Shown here: positions 53,735 through 64,000 of the stretch, in pieces
How positions within the stretch are numbered: the stretch's first letter is position 1
Layout of the letters: each line of letters starts with the position of its first letter
Source of the DNA: Chrysomallon squamiferum
Taxonomy: Eukaryota; Animalia; Mollusca
Assembly (NCBI GenBank): GCA_012295275.1
Contig: CM022673.1
Coordinates: 23,126,001-23,190,000 of the forward strand
Direction of reading: 5' to 3'
Length of the DNA: 64,000 bases
Translations under genes and position numbers: made by a program
The notes under the pieces: generated by a model
Database searches by the model: none
The model's input: the letters and a program-made list of their open reading frames with translations, nothing else
Told to the model about the DNA's origin: nothing

Positions 53735-54418
53735 GTCATTTCAACTTAGTAAGTATAAGCGAAGGGAGATAATAAAACCGCTAATTTTACCGGAAATAAC
53801 ATAGCGTGAAATAACAAACGACAAACTTTGACAGTCAATGAAATATCCTGAGTAAGTAAATTTTTAAAAACTGTTTTAAGTTCATGGCCAGTTGTTTAAT
53901 ATTTTGTATAACTTTAAGCAGTCACTGAACATATGTTCTGAATAGGTTCATTTGTTTACGTAACAAAAACGCCAAACGACTTTGTACACGTACTTGCCAA
54001 AAATCTCAAGATCACCGATTGTCACACTTAGACCTATTAGCAGTTTTCCTTGTCTTATCAATGGACACAAATAAACCATTGCAACATTAATTATACACGA
54101 CAAAAAAGTTTTAATGGCTAGAGAAATTAAGAAAATTCATATTTTATTTCTGTGAATATATTCCTCTGTATTAATAAAACATTTAATGTTTGCGATTAAT
54201 AACAAAATCAATATTTTTGAAAACTATAACCAAGATGTAAATGTATACTTGCACAGACACTGTGATGTTTATTTAATCGCCTTTCAATTTTAATAATTGT
54301 AAATGTAATTTTTTAGAAATTATAATTTAAATTATACACTATTACAGATACTCCCTCCAGTTATGAGAGAAGTAATTTCTTGGTTCTTCAGTTAACAGAC
54401 TCCTAGAAATAGGTGGAA

Positions 54419-56035
54419 ATGGAGCCGCAACAACTGGAAGAGATAAGGGAGGCAGGAGATAACCTGGAGAAATATGAATTAGAGCAAGTGTATGCTGATG
54501 TTCTTAAAATGGCCGTTGAGAAACAGAACTGGGAAGAACAATTGAGGCATGAAGAAGATTTAAGAACGCTGGAGGAAGGAAGGAAAATACAAGAAGAAGA
54601 GAGAAGAGCCCAAGATGCCGAATGGATGAGGCAAGAGAAAGAATGGATGAAACAGGAAAATGAATGGACGAGGCAGGAAGAAGAGAGAACACAAGAGGAA
54701 AAGATACTGAAATACAAAGAAGAGATCAGGCGACAAGAGGAACAGTTTAGAAAAAATAAAGAAGAAATAATAAAAAGAGCAGGTGAAGAGAGAAAACAGG
54801 AGGAAACATGGGCGCCAGATACCGAAGAGTGCGGAAAACAACAAACAAGAATGAATGTCCAAGAAGACGACTGCCTACGATATGCTGATAAAATAACGCT
54901 TGGGATAGAAGGAATGAAATGTGAAGAAGGAATTGGAGAATGTACTGAAGAACCGTTTTCGAAAGAAAACCTTATTGACAAGACTCCAAAGGAAATGAAT
55001 AAATTGCAAGAGGAAGATGAAATTATCAGAATAGAAGAGAAAAGAATACGAGACGAACAGCTGAGATTAGAGAAAAAGAAACTAATGCAAGAGGAAGAGA
55101 TGAGGATACTGGAAGAGAAGAGGAGACTTAAAGAAGAAGAATGGAGGACACAAGAAGAAGAATGGATGAGGCAAGAGAAGGAATGGCTAAGACAGGAAGA
55201 GGAGAAGAAGAGGCAGGAAGAAGAAAGAAAGAAGCAAGAAGAGAGAAGGATCCAGGAGGAAGAATGGATGAGACAGGAGGAGGAGAGGAGGATGATAGAA
55301 GAACAAAGAGTACGACGCGAAGAAGAAATTAGGGAAGAAGTGGAGTTGAAATTGGAGGAAGAAAGGAGAATCGATGAAGAGAGTAGACGACAAGAAGAAG
55401 AAGATAGACATTTTCAAGAGGAAAACCAAAAGCTAGAAATAGAGAGAATGCAAGAAGAAGAAAAAAGGACGGAGGAAGAAAGAATGCAGGAGGAAAACCG
55501 AAGGTTAGAAGAAGAGAGAAAACTGGAGGAAGCAAAAAGGATGGAAGATGAAAGGGCGTTAGAAGAAGAAAAAAAGATGGAGGAAGAGAGGCGAATAGAG
55601 GAAGAGAGAAGGAGAGTAGAAGAAGATGAGAAAATAATTCAGGAAGAACTAAACCAGAGAGAGTATGAGGAGAGAAAGGAGGAAGAAAATAGAAAACAGG
55701 AAGAAAGAAGAGAGGAAGAAGATAAATTAAGTCTAGCAGAAGCCGCGGAATTGGAGGCGGAACAGGTGAGAATTCAGGAAGAAGCTGCGAGAATTCAGGA
55801 GGATCAAAGGAGAATGCAGGAAGAAGATGAAATGAAAAAAGAGGAAGAGAAAATTAGACAAGAGGAAGAACACCGACTACAGAAAGACGAGAGAATGCTT
55901 CAGGAAGAAGATCAAAGACTGTACAGTGACATGCGGCCAGAGAATCCATACGGAAAAGAGGAAATGGAAGTAAAAATGGATGAAACGGGAGACACTGATA
56001 TAGAGACAGACAGAAATTTACTTATTTTTTCTTAA
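54419..56035 (+). CDS. Glu/Arg/Lys/Gln-rich low-complexity helical protein (trichohyalin-like composition), ~538 aa, function unknown
   Basis: 1.6 kb stop-free purine-rich ORF in AT-rich context. First ATG is at 54419 (the ORF track starts at GTG 54413). Repeats such as EEEWMRQEKEWLRQEEE. A plausible non-coding first exon ends at 53851 (donor GA|gtaagt) with acceptor tacag| at 54347. Confidence 0.7.
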   Translation: MEPQQLEEIREAGDNLEKYELEQVYADVLKMAVEKQNWEEQLRHEEDLRTLEEGRKIQEEERRAQDAEWMRQEKEWMKQENEWTRQEEERTQEEKILKYKEEIRRQEEQFRKNKEEIIKRAGEERKQEETWAPDTEECGKQQTRMNVQEDDCLRYADKITLGIEGMKCEEGIGECTEEPFSKENLIDKTPKEMNKLQEEDEIIRIEEKRIRDEQLRLEKKKLMQEEEMRILEEKRRLKEEEWRTQEEEWMRQEKEWLRQEEEKKRQEEERKKQEERRIQEEEWMRQEEERRMIEEQRVRREEEIREEVELKLEEERRIDEESRRQEEEDRHFQEENQKLEIERMQEEEKRTEEERMQEENRRLEEERKLEEAKRMEDERALEEEKKMEEERRIEEERRRVEEDEKIIQEELNQREYEERKEEENRKQEERREEEDKLSLAEAAELEAEQVRIQEEAARIQEDQRRMQEEDEMKKEEEKIRQEEEHRLQKDERMLQEEDQRLYSDMRPENPYGKEEMEVKMDETGDTDIETDRNLLIFS

Positions 56036-56170
56036 TGTTAAATTGTAATAAATTTATTATTGGTGTTGTTTTTGAAAAATAACCCAAATGTAGTATATAA
56101 TCTTACATTTCAGAATTTGTTGTTGGATGTTAGCTACAGTATTTCTTCATATCTATCTTACTGTTACTAA

Positions 56171-56225
<55 letters not shown>

Positions 56226-56435
56226 TTTGATTGATATAGTTGACTGTAGTCAAAATAAATTAATTGATAAATGGATATGTTCAGTAAGCAGTTACTTTAG
56301 TTTTTTTCTTAAATATTTAATTTATAAAATTCGAGTTATGTTTTACCAATAAAATATATTTCATTACTAGAAATTTTCATTCATGTTGTTAATATTTTCA
56401 TTTACTTCAAAAGAATTCTACAGATGTAATGTCTT

Positions 56436-56439
<4 letters not shown>

Positions 56440-56491
<52 letters not shown>
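56440..56491. repeat. (AG)n microsatellite
   Basis: Read directly from the sequence. Confidence 0.95.
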
Positions 56492-56493
<2 letters not shown>

Positions 56494-56900
56494 TCTTAGT
56501 TTCTATTTACTTAATCAAAATTACGTGCGATATCTCTCATGCAGAAGAAGAAAAACAGTTTTATTTTAATGACTCGTAAATAAAAGAGGAAGAAAAAGAC
56601 ACAAAATAAATAAATAAAATGTAGTAAAAGGATTATGAACAGTTAAACATTTTCCAGTTTAAAGAATAAGAAAATATTATTGATATTGTTAAACTAGTGC
56701 ACAGGGAATGTGCAATGGACTTTGGAGGCTAGACAGACGAAAAGCTGGAGGAAAAGACAACAACCAACTTCGCTCTTCATTATTTATTTATTTATTATAA
56801 TAACTAATCATGTTATTGTTGGAATCTTTTGGGTGAGTTTTATATACGCGCGTTTGTGTGAAGAAATGTTTTTTTAAAAATTAAAAAATCAATAAGCCAA

Positions 56901-56953
56901 AGACCTCGACCTCTGACCTATAAATATTTAATGACGCATGTAACTCTGTCAGA
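56901..56953 (+). promoter_or_regulatory. AKR core promoter: nuclear-receptor half-site array, TATA box and Inr-like TCA
   Basis: AGACCT CGACCT C TGACCT (56901-56919; reverse strand AGGTCA-G-AGGTCG-AGGTCT), TATAAATA at 56919-56926, TCA at 56949-56951, ATG at 56971. Confidence 0.55.
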
Positions 56954-56970
56954 GACGATAGCGTTGCAAA

Positions 56971-59900
56971 ATGAAAAGAATAACGCTGCCAGGAACCGAT
57001 CTAAAAGTTTCGCAAATCTGTCATGGATGTTGGCAGTTTAACAACAACAAAGAAAATATTAACTGGAATGCACAGTCTGTCGAGGTAAGGTTTAGACCAT
57101 TTCAGAGATAGTGAATTATTTTATCTTTCAGGTTTAGTTTTTACTGTTTAATCTTGTACTTGTAGTAAGTAGTTCTACTAGTAGAAAAACTATTTTAAAC
57201 AGCGACGGGACATATGCTCTGTATTGACTGTATGTTGTTAATGAAAACAAATCAGAATACTAAATGAAAGAAAAGTTTAAACTGATACAGTATATCCTGT
57301 ATTTTGATCATGATAACACCCACTAGCTATGTGACTATGTCAATTGTTTATAATACTGTGATTCAGTACTCTTTTTATTTTAATATTAATTATCAAAACC
57401 AGAAATAGTACATATGCTTTAAACAATATTCATCTTTTGGAGGAATAATAATTGTAAACTATACAGTAACGTAATGAAAAACCATTAACATTTAATCATT
57501 TGAATTAATAAAAAAAAAAAAAAAAAATAAAAAAAGGAGATATTTTTTACAAAGTTACTTTGTCATACTTTTCATAATTGATTCATTTGCCTATAATAGT
57601 AAAAATAAAGAGATCATATGTAATAGAATTTCCTTTTAGCAAGTCGTTCAAACAAATTTTCCTTTTCATAATACTTATATTCATCTAAAATGTCAAACCT
57701 GATGTTTAAATTTAGTATTTTGTTTTTAATTCTCTGGGGTTAAATAGAAGGCTTGGTTTGTCAGCCTACCTTATTAGTGGCCTAATGCTGTGAAATACAC
57801 CATTTGACAGGTTCAGTAGTGATCTCCAGTAGTTTATGTTAATGAACATTAATCTGGCACTCTACATACTATTAATATATAATTCACATTATTACTGTAT
57901 ATGTAAAAAAAAAGAGCGTCACTGTTGAAGATAAATTTTAAATAACACCTGTTTTTAGCAATATAATATTAAACTAGAATATATAGATCTGTGATCTGTA
58001 GTCTTCCTCATATCTGCAGATTTATTTTATTTGAGCGTCAGTTTTATACAGCTAAGAAACAGTGAAGAAATTTAAAAAAAAAAGATGCTTCATAAAACAG
58101 TATCTAGAATGTTACTTTATTTGGGTCATCATATCCACCCGTATCTCTCAAATGTATGTCACAGCCCTGAAAACAGCAATGGTTAAATATAATGACCTTA
58201 GATGACTTGATTTTATCAGATGTCACTGGCCCATACATAGGTAGAGTCCATGCAAACAGTAACATGGGATATTATATTCACATTTTATAAAAAGATTAAT
58301 TAATAAATAGATGTTAAACATTTTGTCTAGTGCAATGTTTCTAAATTGCAATTTTAGATATTTATGTTACTTTATTTTCTAACTATAAAACCAGTTAATG
58401 CCTTTTCATTTCAAATACTTTTCATTTTTATTTTTCTGTTTGTAATATAGTGTTTGTCTTTGCAACAGAAATAATGTGTATTAGATAACTAAAATATTTA
58501 TCCATCATTAATTCTGTTTCAAATATATTTTCAAAGATTCGTTTTATACAGTTTTGCTGCTAATTTATTAATTTTTTATTAATTATTTTAGGTATCAAAA
58601 TCCATTGTGGACAAATGTTTTGAAGTAGGAATCAACTTCTTTGACACTGCACAGGTAATTCACTTTTTTTGTAAATTAATTTATAGCTGCAAAAAAGGTT
58701 ATTTGTTGTATTTGAAAATCAAGATGTTTTCATAAAATGTAATTTATGCCAAGGTTATATGACAGAGTTCTTGACATATTTAAAATTTGCAAAGTTATTT
58801 TCAGATTCTTAGATTTTTGGTTTTAAAATAAATCTGTTGAAAGCATACAGATCATTGAATCAAAAATAAAAGCTCTATAGGATTTAATTAAAGCACAAAC
58901 AAATCATTTGGTTTCTAAGTATACTGTTCAAATAATTTGTATATATTTCGTTATAACACAGGCTCTATATATTATTTTGCTTTCCAAATATTTTATGTGT
59001 CTTATATATTCATTTTTTTTAATTGTTTTATTTTATTATTACTATTAAATTTATTTTATCAACTTATATTAGATCAAAATTTATTTATTTTATTTTATTT
59101 AAGTTTTATTTAATTAAATGCCAAATAATAATAAAATTCATTGGTCAGTTTATTTTATTTAATTTAAGCTTTATTTAATTATTTGCCAAATAATAATAAA
59201 ATTCATTGGCTAGTTTATTTAAAAATATATTTATTAATAAAATTATTTTTGTTAATCGTTGTTATTTTTTGTTTTCTTCAAATTAATTATTATTTAAAAA
59301 GGATAAATCCTATGTTCCTTGTCCACACAGGGGTATTCTGGTTCTGAGGAAGTGTTAGGTGAATGTCTGCAGGGACGTCGACAAGATGCAGTGATTGCCA
59401 CAAAGTTTGGATTCCGTGAAGGGATTGCAACGCCACCATATTCTGCTCAGGAGATAGAAGAAGCAATTGAAACCAGCCTCAGGAAGCTGAAAACCACTTA
59501 CATTGATATTATGCAGGTACTAATATTTTTAACACTGAAAAAGAATTGTGATAAAAATCTTGAAATATATGTATTAATTTTTGTAACCCTGATTAACACT
59601 TTGGCTTTATTAATTAAAATACATACATCCATCCATCCATCCATACAGATATATTTTAAAATATTTTAAAAATAATTTAGATTCATTTTCCAAGTTTTGT
59701 GAGGGATAAAGAAGAGGCAATAACTGAACTGAAAAGACAGATAGGACTTGGGAAGATTCGTTGTTACGGTGTATCTAACTATGGACCTAAAAACCTGACA
59801 GAATTTATGGCTGTGGGAGGAAAACCAGTTGTTAATCAGGTCAGCATGAATAAAAATGTTAAGAGTATTTTAAAAGAGAGTGTGTGTGTCATTCCTATAA

Positions 59901-62439
59901 CCAGTCCTTCCTAACAATAAAATATAACATTAAAAATAGCAAGCTTTTGCCTATGCACATTCATTGTTTTGTCATCATTTTATTACTTTAATTTGGTCAG
60001 AAAATAAAAGAAAGAAATATAAATTGTAAAACAGCAGTATCCTTTTCAAAAATAAAAAAGGGAAGAAGTAATCCCCCTTACATCTCCAAAAAGCTCAGCA
60101 AAGACTGTAAATGAAATAATAATTTATATTTAAAAATTGTATTTATGGTATTAAGTTTTATAAACAGATTTAAAATAAAAAGATGCTTCATAAGACAACA
60201 ATTTTGTTTAAATTATAATGTTTTGTTTCAACGTAGAATAACAGCTAGATCACATATTTATTGGCTAATACTTATTTAAATAATTATACTATTACTAAAA
60301 GTCATAATAGTAATAATAATACATACATAAGATAAGCAATAACATTACTAATTATAATAATAGTATATACAAATAACATTAAACAGACAATACAGTTTAT
60401 ATTTGTAATATTTGTAGATGGGCTACAATTTGTTGTGGCGGTCAGTTGAATATGATGTTCAGCGAATCTGTAAGGAAAATAATATAAGTATACTGGCATA
60501 TTCTCCATTACAACAAGGATTGCTGACTGGAAAGTTCCAGAAACTGGAGGACATACCCGAAGGGCGTAGAAGAGGAAAGCTTTTTAAGAACACTGGAGAC
60601 ACGTATGATTATATTTATATTATTTATGATTACATGGGAATTTGTAGAGTCATGGGATAGATACATAATTTAAAAAGCAGACAAGTATGATTATATTTAT
60701 ATTATTTATGATTATATGAGAACTTCTGAAGTCAGGGGATAGATAACAAGTTATGAATCAAAAATTTCATTTCCTTTTTTTTAATAGTGCTTTAAATATT
60801 AAATATTAATGTCAGATTAATTATTTTTTGCCTTTTCCCTCTACCTGATATAGGATTCTTTTAATATTGAAGGAATACTTATATCTGCTGTGCATTCAGT
60901 GGTATTAAATAATTTATTGTGTTCTTACATACAATCTTCCTATACTTCATTCTTCATGCTGACAAAAGAAATAAAATTCACCTCTGTTGTGGATTTTTAT
61001 TAATACTAAACTTATATGTTTTTTGTTTTTTTAACCATTTGGGACATATTTATGTATTTTATTTGGTATGAATATTCCTTTGGCTGCTGATATTCTGTTA
61101 AAGTTTATAATTATAATTTGTTTAGTAACAAGTTAGCTCGTCATGGGCAAGAAGGTGCGGAAGAAGAAGTCATTGCTGTAAGTCATATATTATTATTTAT
61201 CATATAACTAAACTCTGCTTGCCTGATGAATGACAGATTACACTGGTTTGCCATTTCACTATTATTATTGTATTTCTTCAGAACTGGTTTATCTAATACT
61301 GTGGCATGTGTTTACATAGTCATGAAAAGATACACATAAAATACCATTACTTTGTAAAAGTTCTTTCAAATATATCTATATCACTATAAAGGTTATTATA
61401 GTTGAAAGTAAATAATAATGTTTAGAACTACAACTTTCAAGTAAAGTCCAGCACATACACATACAAAATAAGAAAGATTTGTTTTGTAGGCACTGGAAAA
61501 AATCCGAGAAATATGTAAGAAGGCTGATATAACTATGTCCCAAGCATCTATCTCATGGCTGTTACAGCAAGATGCTGTGGCTGCAGTTATTGCAGGAGCA
61601 AGCAAACCAGAACAAGTTGTCACAAACAGCAGCGTTGTAACATTACCACCGGTAAATACTTATTAAACTTATAAGATATAATTCTGTGGTGTAATTATAA
61701 AAGAATCATTCATGTTTGGTATTTTTATTTGTTTTTAAAACTGTTTCAGGTTATAATGTTTTTATGTATACAATGTTTTCTTTATTCAGTCATTCATTCA
61801 GTTCTTTTATGTCTGTTTAATATGTAATTAATGTTTGATGATTCCATAAAAGTATTGCTATCAACGTCAGTTGTTCAGTGAATAAGCTGTCAGACTTCTG
61901 GCTTGCTGGTACTTTAGATATTGCTTGTGACAGCTACCCATAGCTTGTTGTGGAAGTTTAAAACTACTACATTGTCTCATTTAAAAAAAAAAAAAATCTT
62001 CGAACAAATTGATCCAATCACTGTCTTAACAACATGCTTTACAAACAACTTGTTCTCAATTCCAATTAGCATGATTAAATTTCAAGATTCTATCTTACTT
62101 GTTAAAGATCAGCATATAATTTTATTATTTTTTCATCTAGAGGGAAATTATAGTAGCCATTTCAGCAGTGTTCTTTGATAGTGCTTTTTAACTCAACAAT
62201 CTCACTTGTTTTCTAATAATGTAAATTTTGTTTTATGACATGATAATTATACTTTGAATTTTAGTGCATATTGCATCACAGAAAATGTTATCTATTCTGA
62301 ATTTAATTGAAATATTAAAAGTTCCAACTTATTTCTATTTTAGGAGGTGGTCAAACAGTTATCTGAGGCAACTGACCCAGTTAAAGCAAAAATAGGGAAG
62401 AGTCTTGACCAGTGGGCATTTCCAGATCGCTGTGAATGA
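56971..62439 (+). CDS. Aldo-keto reductase superfamily oxidoreductase, 338 aa, 8 exons
   Basis: Exons 56971-57084, 58592-58654, 59331-59516, 59681-59839, 60418-60602, 61126-61177, 61490-61651, 62344-62439 join in frame (1017 nt). MKRITLPGTDLKVSQICHGCWQF, GINFFDTAQGY (catalytic D, Y), VIATKFG (K), SLRKLKTTYIDIMQIHF (H), GKIRCYGVSN, YNLLWR, AYSPLQQGLLTGK, VIAGASKPEQV. Confidence 0.93.
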
Positions 62440-62642
62440 TGGCTTAGAACTGTAAAAACTGAATTAATGGTGTTTTAAATACCAAACACTATTCAAACCT
62501 ATCTCAGCACAAAAACTGCACATTTCCCAATTTCAGCACAACTGTCTTTAATAATTAGTTTAGGAGACTGTTTTGCTTTGTCTTTCAAAATATTTTGATT
62601 GTCCCTTTATAAATACATTTTTTAATACTGAATTCCTCTCCC

Positions 62643-63647
62643 CAAGATCATCATCATCATAATAAGGCTTAGATTACTTTTTTTTTTTAAATTTAAATTT
62701 TGACCCTACATTTGGTTGTACTGGAAAACATGGATTTCTTGTTGGTGATAGTTTTAGTAAAACCTTAATGGCTTAGGTACAAAAAATAACAGTAGTTTAA
62801 TTTCAGTACTGTTTATTTGCACACATAATTGTATCTTTCAGTTAAGATATTGTGCTGTTAAAACAAATGCACTTGATTAAATATTAAATACATCATGTAA
62901 TTAGTAACTGATTTTAATACAAAATTATTTAATATAATTATGTATATTAAAATACAATAATCATTTGTAATTAATAATTTCATACTGACATTCCATACCA
63001 GTCATAAGTTCACCGAAAATCAATTTTTATTTTTAAAATGGTATTAAAACAGACCTTTTGATAAAATCTTTCACTGAATAGCTGCAATTTTATTCTTGGA
63101 TTCCTGATAAAATGTACAATTCACTGGATTTTAAAAACTTTGTTTTGATTTTTACATTTATTATTCAAAATGGTGAAGTTTCTTAACTGAATACATTTGG
63201 CTTGGTTAATGGAATTATTAATGATAACAGAAAAATTATACTGTGCATTTTTTTATGGTTACTTGTTTATTAATAAAGCTTTCGTTAGTAAAATGTCATT
63301 TAATTTGTATTATTCTGTATGGCATTGCTACATAATAAGATGTCATTACAGGGAATTCATTCACAGGGCAAGACATCAGTGCTTTTCCATTTTTCCAATG
63401 AATAATGAATTCCTATACCTGAGATCATCATAATCATAATATTCTTAGATTACATCTTTCTTTTTTATTTAAATTTTGAACCTACATTTGGTTGTATTGG
63501 AAAACATGGATTTCTAGTTGGTGATAGTTTTAGTAAACCTAAACATGTAAAAAATAACAGTTGTTTAATTATAAGTATTGTCATTTATTTTGTATTATTC
63601 TGTAAGGCATTGCTACATAATAAGATCCGATTACAGGGAAGTCATCA
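62643..63647 (+). repeat. Mosaic local duplications downstream of the AKR stop
   Basis: Block A at ~62643-62810 matches ~63421-63580 (taaattttga.cctacatttggttgta.tggaaaacatggatttct.gttggtgatagttttagtaaa). Block B at ~63294-63360 matches ~63579-63647 (tttgtattattctgta.ggcattgctacataataagat..attacagggaa). Confidence 0.85.
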
Positions 63648-64000
63648 ACTCCTTATTAAAAATTGAAACAAAATGATCATATCAAATACATAGCCATTTA
63701 TAGAATTCATTGTGAATCTTAGGTTTATTTAAGCCAGAGCAAAGACATTTATGATAGTTCACAGACACCAAAGAAAAAGAAAAAAAGGGAACACGTTGAA
63801 ATGTACAAATAAGCAAAACTGAAGATTTTAATATTTTTTTAATGAAAGTTCAGTATTACTCACCACTACTCAAACAGTAAAATCAAATAATTTTTAAGAA
63901 ATTGGAAATGTTCATTGACAAATTGAATTTGCCAACATGTTTTTATGGGGTAAGTGGACCTATAAGTAAGTGATGAATCCTGTACAAATGAATTTATCAA

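Noticed and set aside
54403-55535. Minus-strand Ser/Phe/Leu-rich ORFs (e.g. 54403-54981)
   Set aside because: They are antisense shadows of the purine-rich Glu/Arg repeat ORF.
62437-62478. Selenocysteine or readthrough at the AKR TGA (…RCE-TGA-TGG…)
   Set aside because: The protein is already of normal AKR length, the context is not TGA-CTA, and I could not identify a SECIS element.

Overview
AT-rich, intron-rich eukaryotic (animal) genomic DNA, most likely a mollusc (inferred from repeat style and patchy CpG depletion). I reconstructed six protein-coding genes by hand. (1) Class I myosin Myo1D (+): 21 exons at 9798-21419, with the first ~100 codons upstream of the window. (2) Intronless CDK5 activator p35 (-): 34667-35533. 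(3) Proteasome lid subunit PSMD11/Rpn6 (+): 12 exons at 38763-45866. (4) Intronless ankyrin-repeat/SOCS-box gene (+): 48438-49748. (5) Single-coding-exon Glu/Arg/Lys-rich helical protein (+): 54419-56035. (6) 8-exon aldo-keto reductase (+): 56971-62439. The most notable observations are the MYO1D-CDK5R-PSMD11 trio (also neighbours in human 17q11.2); an unannotated minus-strand TATA+Inr unit with a 5' hairpin and a possible small spliced ORF between Myo1D and p35; a candidate 33-nt cassette exon just before the myosin P-loop; a bacterial-looking AKR with a DR1/TATA promoter; and a decayed ~30-bp repeat array. I found no tRNA, rRNA or CRISPR. All family assignments come from motif recognition, not database searches.
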